From an uncultured Clostridiaceae bacterium (GTDB lineage Bacteria > Bacillota > Clostridia > TANB77 > CAG-465), in the NCBI GenBank assembly GCA_964653805.1, contig CAZZFS010000001.1, positions 74,911 to 138,910 of the forward strand: a stretch of DNA of 64,000 nt. Reading direction: 5' to 3'. A model generated the notes under the pieces. That model did no database searches, was not told the DNA's origin, and worked only from the letters and a program-made list of their open reading frames with translations. The position numbers and the translations under genes are program-made. Position 1 is the stretch's first letter. Every line of letters starts with the position of its first letter. This document shows positions 37,549-47,519 of this stretch, one piece after another.

Positions 37549-37881
37549 TTAAGTATTTCAAATAGTCGCGTATAGAAATATATGAGGAAAGTCCGGACAC
37601 TATAGGGTAAGGGTGCTAGATAACGTCTAGTGGGAGTGATCCTAAGGAAAGTGCAACAGAAAATAACCGCCAAGTTTTTTGGTAAGGGTGAAAATGTGAG
37701 GTAAGAGCTCACAAACAACTTTGGAGACTTAGTTGTTCGTGTAAACCCCACCTAGTGCAACACTAAGAATTAAAGATTAAGGTGACCCGCCGTCTTTTAA
37801 GTTAGTGGCTTGAGGTATATGGTGACATGTATCCCAGATAAATGACTATTTAAAACAGAATCCGGCTTATGAGATGCTTAA
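37549..37881 (+). ncRNA. rnpB: RNase P RNA (bacterial, compact B-type-like)
   Basis: Universal P4 elements GAGGAAAGTCCGG (about 37583) and ACAGAATCCGGCTTA (about 37855). ACAGAAAATAACCGCC. P1 pairing ttaagtatttca (37549-37560) / tgagatgcttaa (37870-37881). P2 aatagtc / gactatt. Confidence 0.9.
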
Positions 37882-37910
37882 TGTCTATTATTTTTAATAG
37901 GCATTTTTTT
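37882..37910 (+). terminator. Rho-independent terminator of rnpB
   Basis: Stem atgtctatt / aataggcat (one G-U pair) followed by T7. Confidence 0.65.
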
Positions 37911-37978
37911 ATGTTTATTTTAATAGTTCAAAATTTTTTTATATACTATAAAACTATAAAAACTAAATAATTTTTAAT

Positions 37979-38022
37979 AAAGCAAAAGAATATTATTGTT
38001 ATATAATATTCTTTTGCTTTTT
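37979..38022 (+). terminator. Orphan perfect 17-bp hairpin (terminator-like) with no CDS upstream
   Basis: aaagcaaaagaatatta (37979-37995) / taatattcttttgcttt (38004-38020), 8-nt loop, T-rich tail. Confidence 0.5.
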
Positions 38023-38046
38023 GATTTTAAATAAGAGTGCTTTTTA

Positions 38047-38075
38047 TTGACATTTTTTACTTTTTATATTATACT
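38047..38075 (+). promoter_or_regulatory. Sigma-A-type promoter TTGACA-17 nt-TATACT
   Basis: Hexamers at 38047-38052 and 38070-38075. Confidence 0.5.
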
Positions 38076-38138
38076 TAACGTAACATAATTTACTTAATAA
38101 TAAATTATAAAAAATATGTGGAGAAAGAAGGTAACGAT

Positions 38139-38834
38139 ATGGAATTTAAAACAAATCCAGGTAAAAAAATAGAAATAGAAGTTGATGGTGAAAATTATCA
38201 AAGAGGAGCAATAGAAACACACTATGTTCAAATAGGTGAAAATTATATAGATATAGTTGAAAAGTATGTAAAACCAATATATCAAGAAGGTGACATACTT
38301 TCAATAAGTGAAAAAATTATAGGTCTTTGTCAAAAAAGAGTTGTATATAAAAAAGATGTTAAAATTAGTGCTTTAGCAAAATTTTTATCTAAATTTGCTA
38401 TGAAAAGTGATGCTGGTGTAGGAGTTGATAATCCGTATAAAATGCAATTTGCTATAAATTTATGCGGAAGTTTTAAAGTTATTTATGCTGCTATTGCTGG
38501 TGGTTTTGGTAAATTATTTGGTAAAAAAGGAGTTTTTTATGAAATAGTAGGGCCAGAAATTAGTGGTTTAGATGGTTTTTATGGAGATGTTTTTGAAGAT
38601 TATGCTGAATTTGGCATAAGAATACCTGAAAATTCTACAGGTGTTTGTAATGAAATATATGAACAATTAGGTATTAAATCTATGATTGTTGATGCAAATG
38701 ATTTTAATGTTGAGATACTTGGTAAAGCTGATGCTATAGAAATAGAAGATAAAAAACTTGCTGCAATGATAAAAGATAATCCAGCTGGTCAAGCAAAAAC
38801 ACTAACTCCATTAGTACTTGTAAGAAAAAAATAA
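38139..38834 (+). CDS. F420-0:gamma-glutamyl ligase (CofE)-like family protein (tentative)
   Basis: GDILSISEKIIGLCQKR and the C-terminal DNPAGQAKTLTPLVLVRK resemble PF01996-type proteins of Firmicutes. GGAGAAAGAAGG Shine-Dalgarno before ATG 38139. Confidence 0.5.
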   Translation: MEFKTNPGKKIEIEVDGENYQRGAIETHYVQIGENYIDIVEKYVKPIYQEGDILSISEKIIGLCQKRVVYKKDVKISALAKFLSKFAMKSDAGVGVDNPYKMQFAINLCGSFKVIYAAIAGGFGKLFGKKGVFYEIVGPEISGLDGFYGDVFEDYAEFGIRIPENSTGVCNEIYEQLGIKSMIVDANDFNVEILGKADAIEIEDKKLAAMIKDNPAGQAKTLTPLVLVRKK

Positions 38835-38972
38835 TAACTAAAAATATAAAAAACGTTAAAAAATTAAAAGACATTAAAATTTTTTAACTATTACAAATAA
38901 AATTAAAAAGGAAAGCCAATATAATTAGAGGCTAAAAATAACAAATAAAATTGAAAACATTTGGAGGCGGTT

Positions 38973-40898
38973 ATGGCAAATAGAAGAATAAAGAAAAAAA
39001 ACAAAAGAAATGAATATACAGAAGAAGTAAGAGTAACTAATGAAGAATTAAAAGAAAATGAAATTGAATTAAATGAAGATGTTGAAAATTTAGAAAACAA
39101 TCAAGATGATTTGATTAAAGAAAATATAGAGAGAGAAGTTTTAAATAAAAACGAAAATATTCAAGAAAAGAAAAAAGATTTTCTTGATTCTATAATAAAA
39201 ACAGATCTTATTAAAATTAATTTAAAAAATAAATTTAAAAAAAATAGTGACTTGAACGGAAAAAACAAGAAAGAAAATTCATATAATGGAGATAATAGTT
39301 ATAATAACAATTCAAATGAAGTTATTATAAGTAAAGTTCATAAAAAAAAGAAAAAGATTTTTCTTTTTTCTTTTGTTATTTTAATACTTTTAATTGTTAT
39401 TGTCTTTAGTACTTTTGTTATTTCAAATAAATTAAATTCAAATGTATATAAAAATATTAAATGTTTAGATGTTGATTTTTCAAATAAAACTGCTGAAGAA
39501 GTTTCTAAAATTTTAGAAGAAAAGTCAGCTGGAACTACAGCTGCTAGAATAGTAGAAGTTTTTCAAAAAGATGAAAAAATATATGTTGTAAAAAGTGAAG
39601 AAGTAGATTTAGCTATTGATGTACAACAAACAAGTAAAAAAATATTTGAATTTGGTAGAAATGGTAATATATTAGAAAACTCATATAATATTTTTAAAAA
39701 TCTTTTTGTAACTACAAGTATAGAACCTGTTTATAAATATAACGAAGAAAAATTAGATAATATAATAAAAAATATTGATTTAAGTATAAAAGACAGATTT
39801 GTAGATGATAGTTATAATTTAGATGAAAAAACAAATAAAATTATAATAAAAAGAGGTACTTCTGGAAATACAATTGAGTACGATAAAGAAAAGGGTAAAA
39901 TTTTTGAAGCTTTAAGTAAAAATAAAAGTTTAATAGAGATTGAAACAATAACACAAAAACCGGCTGAAATAGATGTAGATAAAATATATAGCGAAGTAAA
40001 AAAAGATCCTACTGATGCATATATGGATAGAACATCTTCGCCTGTTAAGTTTGTTAATGAAAAAACAGGTTATGATTTTGATAAAGCTGATTTAACTAAG
40101 GTTTTAAATCAAGAAGAAAATAAATCTGAAGGAAAAGTTATTGAATATGCTTTAACAGTATTACAACCTAAAGTAAAACTTACGGATATAACATATACTT
40201 TGTATAAAGATAAATTAGCTGGATATACAACATACTTTGATCCGGGTGGGCCTAGAGCAAATAATTTAAATATAGCTCTTAATTATTTAAATGATAAAAT
40301 AATTATGCCAGGAGAAACTTTTTCATATAATCAAGCAATAGGCGATACAACTGCTTCAAAAGGATATAAAGAAGCGGCTACATTTAAAGCTGGAAAAGTT
40401 GTCATGGAAATGGGTGGTGGAATATGTCAAACAACATCTACCCTATATAATGTTGCATTGATGGCAAATATGGAAATAGTTGAAAGACATCAACATGGCT
40501 TACCAGTAGGTTATGTACCACCAAGTAGAGATGCAACTGTATATTCTCCAGTGTTAGATTTTAAATTTAAAAACACAAGAAATTATCCAGTAAAAATATC
40601 TACATCTTTTAGTGGTTCTGGAAGTCTAAACATTAGTATTTTTGGGACAAAAGAAGAAAAAGAATATGAAGTGGTTTTAAGTAGTAGTTATTTAAGTACA
40701 ATTCCATTTACAGTACAATATGTAAATGATAATACAATTCCAGTTGGACAACAAGTTGTTTCTAGTCCTGGAGTAAATGGTTATACATCAGAAGCATATA
40801 TAACAAAAAAATTAAATGGAGTGGTGGTAAGTCAAACATTACTTTCTAAAGATTCATATAGTGCACAAGCTAGAGTTATAAAGGTTGGAGTTCAATAA
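38973..40898 (+). CDS. VanW-family protein with N-terminal TM anchor and C-terminal G5-like domain
   Basis: VanW core YFDPGGPRANNL...GETFSYN...GGGICQTTSTLYNVAL...ERHQH. C-terminal ...VSSPGVNGYTSEAYITKK...VIKVG. GGAGG before ATG 38973. Confidence 0.85.
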   Translation: MANRRIKKKNKRNEYTEEVRVTNEELKENEIELNEDVENLENNQDDLIKENIEREVLNKNENIQEKKKDFLDSIIKTDLIKINLKNKFKKNSDLNGKNKKENSYNGDNSYNNNSNEVIISKVHKKKKKIFLFSFVILILLIVIVFSTFVISNKLNSNVYKNIKCLDVDFSNKTAEEVSKILEEKSAGTTAARIVEVFQKDEKIYVVKSEEVDLAIDVQQTSKKIFEFGRNGNILENSYNIFKNLFVTTSIEPVYKYNEEKLDNIIKNIDLSIKDRFVDDSYNLDEKTNKIIIKRGTSGNTIEYDKEKGKIFEALSKNKSLIEIETITQKPAEIDVDKIYSEVKKDPTDAYMDRTSSPVKFVNEKTGYDFDKADLTKVLNQEENKSEGKVIEYALTVLQPKVKLTDITYTLYKDKLAGYTTYFDPGGPRANNLNIALNYLNDKIIMPGETFSYNQAIGDTTASKGYKEAATFKAGKVVMEMGGGICQTTSTLYNVALMANMEIVERHQHGLPVGYVPPSRDATVYSPVLDFKFKNTRNYPVKISTSFSGSGSLNISIFGTKEEKEYEVVLSSSYLSTIPFTVQYVNDNTIPVGQQVVSSPGVNGYTSEAYITKKLNGVVVSQTLLSKDSYSAQARVIKVGVQ

Positions 40899-40972
40899 AT
40901 AATAAAAAAACAGTTTAAAATACATATTTTTATGTAAATTAAACTGTTTTTTTATTTTAATTTGTTAAAATA

Positions 40973-41001
40973 TTGCAATTTTTTTTTTGATGTAGTATAA
41001 T
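40973..41001 (+). promoter_or_regulatory. Consensus-like promoter TTGCAA-17 nt-TATAAT
   Basis: Hexamers at 40973-40978 and 40996-41001. A hairpin terminator lies just upstream at about 40908-40956. Confidence 0.5.
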
Positions 41002-41047
41002 ATTAATATAAGTAGATGAAAATCTAAAAAAGAAAGAGGTATGATAT

Positions 41048-41581
41048 ATGGAACCTTTAGTACAAATGAATAAATTTGAAATAATTGATATGCCTGGTAT
41101 GAATACAATAGCTTTTGTTGTTGAAAAAAATGAACAAAGTGGTAAAAATGGCGAAGCTTTTTTATCTTTACAAAAAATAGAATGTATTGATAGTCAAGAA
41201 GATGGAAAAATAAAAAAGACTTTTAATGTTATCAATACCGAAGAAGATGATAAACAACTTGTTGTTTTACTTACTTTAACTAATTCTAAAGCAATAATTA
41301 GTACGGGAGAATTGTCTAAAGAAGGCTTTAAAACAACAGAAAGAAATGTACCTTTAAGTTATGGTACAATATTTAATCAAGAAGGTGTGGAATACAAAGA
41401 AGTTGAATATACACCTAACATGAAAAGACATTTTTCAATAATTGACATACAAACAGGTGATGAAATAAAACCTGTATTATATAAAGATGAAATATCAGGT
41501 GCTATAAAAGGCAGATGTAAATTACTACCGAACAAACCATATATTGTTTTAGAGTTAAGATTTGAAGAACAAAAAGATTAA
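41048..41581 (+). CDS. Hypothetical 177-aa soluble protein
   Basis: AAGAGG Shine-Dalgarno. No recognised motif. First gene of the operon containing the VirD4-like ATPase. Confidence 0.6.
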   Translation: MEPLVQMNKFEIIDMPGMNTIAFVVEKNEQSGKNGEAFLSLQKIECIDSQEDGKIKKTFNVINTEEDDKQLVVLLTLTNSKAIISTGELSKEGFKTTERNVPLSYGTIFNQEGVEYKEVEYTPNMKRHFSIIDIQTGDEIKPVLYKDEISGAIKGRCKLLPNKPYIVLELRFEEQKD

Positions 41582-41648
41582 TAATAAAATTCAAATATTA
41601 TAGTAATTGTAGTAATAGATGTAGTAAATATAAAAGGAGGAATTTATT

Positions 41649-41825
41649 ATGGGTAATGTTATAGTTAAAGCTAACGCAGCTGTATTTAAAGATAATGGAA
41701 GAGGTAAACTTGAAATAACAGGTGGAGAACCAATTTCAGTTATAGTAGGAGATTTATCTAGAAATATAGAAAATAAAACTGTTGAGAAAAAAACAAGAAA
41801 TCAAGAAGATGAAATGATTGTTTAG
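41649..41825 (+). CDS. Hypothetical 58-aa protein (MGNVIVKANAAVFKDNGRGKLEITGGEPISVIVGDLSRNIENKTVEKKTRNQEDEMIV)
   Basis: AAAGGAGG Shine-Dalgarno 8 nt upstream of ATG 41649. Below the ORF-track cut-off. Confidence 0.5.
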   Translation: MGNVIVKANAAVFKDNGRGKLEITGGEPISVIVGDLSRNIENKTVEKKTRNQEDEMIV

Positions 41826-41880
41826 AATATAAATTTTTAATGTTTTTTAATATATATATTTATATGAGAAGAGGATAAGT

Positions 41881-43818
41881 ATGAAAAATAAACTAATGAA
41901 GATGAAAAGAGAATTTAAACCATTTTTAATAGCCTATATATTATTTGATATAATAATTATAGGCTCTTTGGTTGTTAGTGCATCAAGTATTCCAGAAGGT
42001 ACAACAAATAGTTTTAAACAATTTGAACATATTTTTCAAAATATTGTACCAAATATGATTAATTTTAAATTTATAACTGCTATATTTGTAGACTTTTTTA
42101 AATTTGTAAATTATTCGTTTTGGACTTTTGTAGCCACAATAGTACTATTTATTGTTTGGAAAATAAAAATGGGTGGCGGTAGTGAGTACGAAGGTAAAGA
42201 AAGTGGATCAAGTGATTGGAGTAAAAGTGGCGAAGAATATTCAAAATTAGAAGATGGCAGTGAAGTTTTAAATAAAAAAGAAGGTTTTATTTTAAGTACA
42301 AAACATTACTTAAATACAGATTTACGAAAAGTTAAAATAAATAAAAATATACTTGTTTTTGGTGGATCTGGTACTGGTAAATCAGCATGTTATATAAAAC
42401 CAAATATATTACAATGTTTAGGTTCTTATGTTATAACAGATCCAAAAGGTGAGTTATATAGAGAAACAGCTAATTTTTTAAAAGCACAAGGATATAAAGT
42501 AAGAGCTTTTAATTTAGTAGATGCAGAATTTAGTGATAAATATAATCCTTTAGCACATATAAAAGATCATTCAGATATTGATACGATAGCTCATAGTATT
42601 ATTGAAGGTGGTGGTGAAGGTAAATCTTCAGATCCATTTTGGGATAACACAGCTAAAATGCTTTTAAAAGCTTGTATATATTATGTTATATCTGTATTGC
42701 CAGAAGAAGAACAAAATTTATCTAGTTGTTTAAATATAGTAAGAGCAGGTGGATCAGATGATTCAGTTTTAGATAGATTATTTATTGATGAATTAACACC
42801 AGAACATCCAGGTAGAAAAGAATATGAGGGAATTAGATTTGGTGCTGATAAAACAAAACAAAGTATAGCAATATCTTTAGTTTCTAAATTATCACATTTT
42901 GATACACCAAATATAAAGAAAATAACAACAACTAATGACATAGATTTTCAAGAATTAGGTAATGAAAAAACAGCTATATTTGTAATAACTCCAGCTGATC
43001 ACAGTACTTATGATTATATATTAACAATATTTTTTAGTCAGTTATTGCAAACACTATATGCACAAGCAAATAAAAATGGTGGAACATTAAGAAATCAAGT
43101 TTATTTATTATTAGATGAATTTGCAAATATTGGACAAATACCTGATTTCAATAGAAAATTAAGTACAACTAGAAGTTTAGGTATAAGTGTATCAATTATA
43201 GTACAAAGTTTGGATCAATTAGAAGGACTATATAAAGATACGTATGAAAATATATTAGGTAACTGTGATACGCAAATATTTTTAGGAAGTCAATCATTAA
43301 AAACTTGTGAATATTTTTCAAAAAGTTTAGGACAAAAAACAATTAAATTTCATTCTGTTTCTGTTACAGAAGCAAAAGGAGATGGTGATAAACCAAGTAA
43401 ATCTAAAAGTGAACAAAGACAAGGTAGAGATTTAATGACAGTTGATGAATTAAAAAGAATGCCTTTTGATGAAGAAATTATATTAGTTAGAGGTTTAAAA
43501 CCAATAAGAACAAAGAAAGCATGGTATTTTAAATATCATCCATTAAAAGATATTATAGGTAATTATTTAATAAAAGATCATACTCAAATGCCAAGACCAA
43601 AACCAGTTGAAGTAAAAACTATGGATGTTGAGAAACATATAGAAGAAAGAGTTAATTTGGCAAAAAAAATGATACAAGAAAAAGAAGAAATCAAAGAAAA
43701 AGCTAAAAATAAAGTTGAAGAAAAAATATCTTTGAAAGAACAAGAAGAAAACTTTGATTTACAAGCAGAATTAGAAAAAAAATTTAATGAATTATTTGGT
43801 GAAACAGATAATCATTAA
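41881..43818 (+). CDS. Type IV secretion coupling protein, VirD4/TraG family
   Basis: Two N-terminal TMs. Walker A VFGGSGTGKSACYIKPN, then ITDPKGE, YNPL and DPFWDNTAKMLL. Walker B YLLLDEFANIGQIP. IVQSLDQL. Acidic Glu/Lys-rich C-terminal tail. Confidence 0.85.
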   Translation: MKNKLMKMKREFKPFLIAYILFDIIIIGSLVVSASSIPEGTTNSFKQFEHIFQNIVPNMINFKFITAIFVDFFKFVNYSFWTFVATIVLFIVWKIKMGGGSEYEGKESGSSDWSKSGEEYSKLEDGSEVLNKKEGFILSTKHYLNTDLRKVKINKNILVFGGSGTGKSACYIKPNILQCLGSYVITDPKGELYRETANFLKAQGYKVRAFNLVDAEFSDKYNPLAHIKDHSDIDTIAHSIIEGGGEGKSSDPFWDNTAKMLLKACIYYVISVLPEEEQNLSSCLNIVRAGGSDDSVLDRLFIDELTPEHPGRKEYEGIRFGADKTKQSIAISLVSKLSHFDTPNIKKITTTNDIDFQELGNEKTAIFVITPADHSTYDYILTIFFSQLLQTLYAQANKNGGTLRNQVYLLLDEFANIGQIPDFNRKLSTTRSLGISVSIIVQSLDQLEGLYKDTYENILGNCDTQIFLGSQSLKTCEYFSKSLGQKTIKFHSVSVTEAKGDGDKPSKSKSEQRQGRDLMTVDELKRMPFDEEIILVRGLKPIRTKKAWYFKYHPLKDIIGNYLIKDHTQMPRPKPVEVKTMDVEKHIEERVNLAKKMIQEKEEIKEKAKNKVEEKISLKEQEENFDLQAELEKKFNELFGETDNH

Positions 43819-43900
43819 AAGTAATAAAAAAACAACAATATATTTTGTTGTTTTTTTTTATTTAATATAGTATAATAATATTATAATTTTGGAGGTTGTA

Positions 43901-44650
43901 ATGAAAAAGAGGAGAAATATTAGTATTATTATAGTTATAATTGTATCATTAGCTTTAATAATCGGTATAAGTATTAAATTATTAGATAATACAGGTAAAA
44001 TAAATCAAGGTAATTATAGATTAAATGATATGGTTATAACTTCAAAGATTGAAGCTATAGAATCAAAATCAGCAAAAGAAACTACAACAAGCACAGATAC
44101 TACAGCTACAAATACTGATACAACTACAGCTAATGCTGAAAAAACTAATATAAATAAATTAAATTTTGATTTATCACAAAAAAACACGATAGATTTACTT
44201 ATTACAAAAGATATAGAAGCTAAAGAAGTATATATAAATAATGTTTCTTTAAGTGAACCTTCAAAAAAAGGTGAAATACTTTTAAGTATAAATGGCGAAA
44301 ATCAAACAATTGATTCATCAAAAAAAGATATAACTTTAAAAGAAAAAGATGATCAATATTATCTTGAAATAAAAATTGAAAATAATAATTTTGTTAAAGA
44401 AGCTAAAATTCCAGAAGGTACAAATAAAATATCTCTTGATGGAACAATACTTGATATTTTAAATATAAAATTAAGCGATATTGCACTTGAACTAAGATTT
44501 GATTTAAATATAGTAGACTCATCAGGTAAAAATAACGTTTGTAAATTAAAATTTAAAATGCCAACAGAAGCTTTAATTACAGAAGGTATAAGCGTTACAA
44601 GAGAAGATAAAACTAATTATATATTTTCATTAAGAGAAAATAATAATTAA
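43901..44650 (+). CDS. Membrane-anchored 249-aa protein with a Thr-rich linker; function unknown
   Basis: GGAGG before ATG 43901. N-terminal TM. ETTTSTDTTATNTDTTTANAEKT linker. Confidence 0.6.
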   Translation: MKKRRNISIIIVIIVSLALIIGISIKLLDNTGKINQGNYRLNDMVITSKIEAIESKSAKETTTSTDTTATNTDTTTANAEKTNINKLNFDLSQKNTIDLLITKDIEAKEVYINNVSLSEPSKKGEILLSINGENQTIDSSKKDITLKEKDDQYYLEIKIENNNFVKEAKIPEGTNKISLDGTILDILNIKLSDIALELRFDLNIVDSSGKNNVCKLKFKMPTEALITEGISVTREDKTNYIFSLRENNN

Positions 44651-44705
44651 TAAAATATGTATTTTATATTAAAGATGATATATGAATAAATAAAATAATA
44701 AACTA

Positions 44706-44734
44706 TTGATTTTTAGAGTTAAATAGTGTATAAT
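44706..44734 (+). promoter_or_regulatory. Promoter TTGATT-17 nt-(TGt)TATAAT for SRP RNA
   Basis: Hexamers at 44706-44711 and 44729-44734. Confidence 0.5.
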
Positions 44735-44739
44735 TAAGG

Positions 44740-44824
44740 CACCACTAAACGATAGAGTACTGCAAACCTTGTCAGATCCGGAAGGAAGCAGCAATACGCA
44801 TCATACTCTATGTGTTTAGTGGAT
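44740..44824 (+). ncRNA. ffs: Signal recognition particle RNA, small (4.5S-like) type
   Basis: Conserved domain IV GTCAGATCCGGAAGGAAGCAGC. Closing helices ccactaaac / gtttagtgg and atagagta / tactctat. T-run follows. The classic ffs-dnaX-ybaB-recR context. Confidence 0.85.
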
Positions 44825-44842
44825 TTTTTATGAGGTGATAAA

Positions 44843-46435
44843 ATGTCATACATAGCATTATATAGAAAATATAGACCTATAACTTTTAGTGAAATTGTAG
44901 GGCAAGAAAATGTTACAAAAGTTTTAAAAAATCAAATAAAATCAAATAAAATTTCTCACGCATATATTTTTAGTGGTAGTAGAGGAACCGGGAAAACCAG
45001 TGCTGCAAAAGTTTTTTCAAGGGCAATAAACTGTTTAAATATAGTAGATGGTGAACCTTGTAATGAATGTAGTGTTTGTAAAAGTATAATAGAAGGTAAT
45101 ATGACTGATGTTATAGAAATGGACGCTGCTTCAAATAATAGTGTTGAAAACATTAGACAAATAAGGCAAGAGGTAGTTTATGCTACAATAGATGTAAAAT
45201 ATAGAGTATATATAATAGATGAAGTACACATGCTAACAACAAGTGCTTTTAATGCATTACTTAAAACATTAGAAGAACCACCAAAAAATGTTGTGTTTAT
45301 ATTAGCTACAACAGAACAGCATAAGATACCAGTTACGATACTCTCTAGATGCTTGAAATTTGATTTTAACAGAGTTTCTAACCAAGATATAATAATGAGA
45401 CTAGAATACGTATTAAAAGAAGAAAAAATCGAATATGAACAAGAAGCATTAGAATATATAGCTAAGCTTGCTGATGGAGCATTAAGAGATGCTTTAAGTA
45501 TTTTAGATAGATGTTTAAGTGAATCAAAAGAAATACTTAAATATGAAAATATAGTTGAAATAGTAGGTGCGATTGATAAAAATTTAATAAAAGAATTAAC
45601 AGAAAGCATATATGAATTTAAATCAAATGACGCTTTAAAAATAATAGATGGAGTAATACGAAAAGGTAAAGATTTAAGACAATTAGTTTTGCAAGTTACA
45701 GAATCATTTTTAGATGTTTTAACAAATGAGAATGTAGATGAAAGTAAAAATAAAAAAAGAACTATTCAAATAATAGATAGATTATCTAAATTAGATAATG
45801 ATCTAAAACAAACAACAAAACCAGAAATTGTTTTAAAAGCTACAATTGTAGAACTATGTAATTTAAAAACTACAATTCAAATAGATAATTTAAATTCTCA
45901 AGATGGAAATCAAAATATAAATTCAAATAATGAATATATAGAAGCATTAAATAAAAAGATAGAAAATTTAGAAAAAACTGTAGGAGAACTTAAGAATCAA
46001 AGAAATACACAAACTAATTTTTCTACTAATGCAAGTGTTCAAAATAGTAGCTCGCAACAAATTAAACAAAACAATACCTCTAAAACAAATAATTTGAATA
46101 ATTTAGATGTTGATTCACTTAATGAATTTGAAGCTGTTGATGAATTTAAAAAAGAAATAGTACAAAGAGGTAAATTAAAAGCTTTTTCAGCTTTAGCAGG
46201 TGCAAAAATATATAATTTAGAAAATAATATTTTAATTACTACAGAAAATAAATTTGCATATAATATATTAAGATTAGATGAAACAATAACTTCTATTGCA
46301 GAGGTTTTTAGAGATAAATATAATATACAAAAGCAAATAAATATAAATTTAAAAAATAGTAATGAACAAACACAAAGTAATAAAATAGAAGAAGTTTTAA
46401 AAAAAAATGATGTAAAATATACAAATATGGATTGA
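44843..46435 (+). CDS. dnaX: DNA polymerase III subunit gamma/tau
   Basis: YRKYRP..F.EIVGQ, Walker A GSRGTGKTS, Zn module CNECSVC, and IIDEVHML. Confidence 0.95.
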   Translation: MSYIALYRKYRPITFSEIVGQENVTKVLKNQIKSNKISHAYIFSGSRGTGKTSAAKVFSRAINCLNIVDGEPCNECSVCKSIIEGNMTDVIEMDAASNNSVENIRQIRQEVVYATIDVKYRVYIIDEVHMLTTSAFNALLKTLEEPPKNVVFILATTEQHKIPVTILSRCLKFDFNRVSNQDIIMRLEYVLKEEKIEYEQEALEYIAKLADGALRDALSILDRCLSESKEILKYENIVEIVGAIDKNLIKELTESIYEFKSNDALKIIDGVIRKGKDLRQLVLQVTESFLDVLTNENVDESKNKKRTIQIIDRLSKLDNDLKQTTKPEIVLKATIVELCNLKTTIQIDNLNSQDGNQNINSNNEYIEALNKKIENLEKTVGELKNQRNTQTNFSTNASVQNSSSQQIKQNNTSKTNNLNNLDVDSLNEFEAVDEFKKEIVQRGKLKAFSALAGAKIYNLENNILITTENKFAYNILRLDETITSIAEVFRDKYNIQKQININLKNSNEQTQSNKIEEVLKKNDVKYTNMD

Positions 46436-46499
46436 AAAAAATAAATAAATATAGTATACTAATTAACATGATTTAAATATGAAAGGTAGGATGAAAAAA

Positions 46500-46835
46500 A
46501 TGGGTAAATTTGGAGGATTTCCAGGCGGCGGAGGCATGGGTAATATGCAAAATTTAGTAAAACAAGCAAAAAAAATGCAAGAGGATATGCAAAAAAAACA
46601 AGCTGAAGTAGCTTCTAAAGAAATAGAAACTTCTGCAGGTGGCGGTGCTGTTATAGTAAGAGCTACTGGAGATAAAGTTATAAAAGAAATTATAATAAAA
46701 CCTGAAGTTGTGGATGCAAATGATATTGAAATGTTACAAGATTTAGTTCTTAGCGCTGTAAATGAAGCATTAAATAAAGCAGATACAATGATGCAATCTC
46801 AACTTGGTGATTTTAATGTTCCAGGATTATTTTAG
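46500..46835 (+). CDS. ybaB: YbaB/EbfC nucleoid-associated protein
   Basis: [24 protein letters not shown]...GGGAVIV...[24 protein letters not shown] Shine-Dalgarno 9 nt before ATG 46500; the ORF is also open from 46479/46491. Confidence 0.9.
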   Translation: MGKFGGFPGGGGMGNMQNLVKQAKKMQEDMQKKQAEVASKEIETSAGGGAVIVRATGDKVIKEIIIKPEVVDANDIEMLQDLVLSAVNEALNKADTMMQSQLGDFNVPGLF

Positions 46836-46843
46836 GCTATAAT

Positions 46844-47437
46844 ATGTATTCAGAAACTGTAAAAAAATTAATAAATCAGTTTGAAAAATTACCTGGAATA
46901 GGTCATAAAACAGCAGTAAGGTTAGCATTTCATATTTTAGAAACATCTTTAGAAGATGTTGAAGAAATGTCTAAAGTGTTAATAGAAGCTAAACAAAAAG
47001 TTAAATTTTGTTCACAATGTTTCAATTTAACGGAAGAAGATCCTTGCAATATATGTTCTAATACAAAAAGAGATGAATCAATACTTTGTGTTGTTGAAGG
47101 TGTAAAAGATGTAATTGCAATGGAAAGAACTCATGAATTTAGAGGTAAATACCATGTATTGCATGGTTCAATATCTCCAATGAATAATAAAACAGCTGGT
47201 GATATAAAAATAAAAGAATTATTAGAAAGATTAAAAGATGATGCTATAAAAGAAGTTATATTAGCAACAAATCCTACAGTAGAAGGAGAAGCAACTGCAA
47301 TGTATATATCAAGACTTATTAAACCACTTGGTATAAGTGTTACTAGAATAGCACATGGTATACCAGTAGGTGGAGATTTAGAATATACAGATGAAATAAC
47401 TTTAATAAAAGCATTAGAAGGTAGAAGACAATTTTAA
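46844..47437 (+). CDS. recR: Recombination protein RecR
   Basis: [16 protein letters not shown] HhH, C4 zinc finger CSQCFNL...CNIC, and a Toprim domain. Confidence 0.95.
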   Translation: MYSETVKKLINQFEKLPGIGHKTAVRLAFHILETSLEDVEEMSKVLIEAKQKVKFCSQCFNLTEEDPCNICSNTKRDESILCVVEGVKDVIAMERTHEFRGKYHVLHGSISPMNNKTAGDIKIKELLERLKDDAIKEVILATNPTVEGEATAMYISRLIKPLGISVTRIAHGIPVGGDLEYTDEITLIKALEGRRQF

Positions 47438-47474
47438 AAAAAATATAAATAATATTTTATAATATATAAAGACA

Positions 47475-47513
47475 AAAATAGTATAGATTCATAATTTGAA
47501 TCTATACTATTTT
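47475..47513. terminator. Bidirectional terminator between recR and dut
   Basis: Perfect 16-bp stem aaaatagtatagattc / gaatctatactatttt with a 7-nt loop. Confidence 0.75.
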
Positions 47514-47519
47514 TATTTG

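Noticed and set aside
37524-37751. 75-aa minus-strand ORF.
   Set aside because: It lies entirely inside the RNase P RNA gene. The openness is due to the locally higher GC of the structured RNA.
44956-45609. Minus-strand ORFs inside dnaX (44956-45153 and 45178-45609). There are similar antisense ORFs in mutL (18094-18571), FIST/ALDH (54025-54390, 54606-54842, 54883-55110, 55833-56216), lemA (49318-49608), the 19992 gene (20360-20659) and others.
   Set aside because: All are fully overlapped by conserved genes on the opposite strand, lack ribosome-binding sites, and translate to low-complexity sequence.
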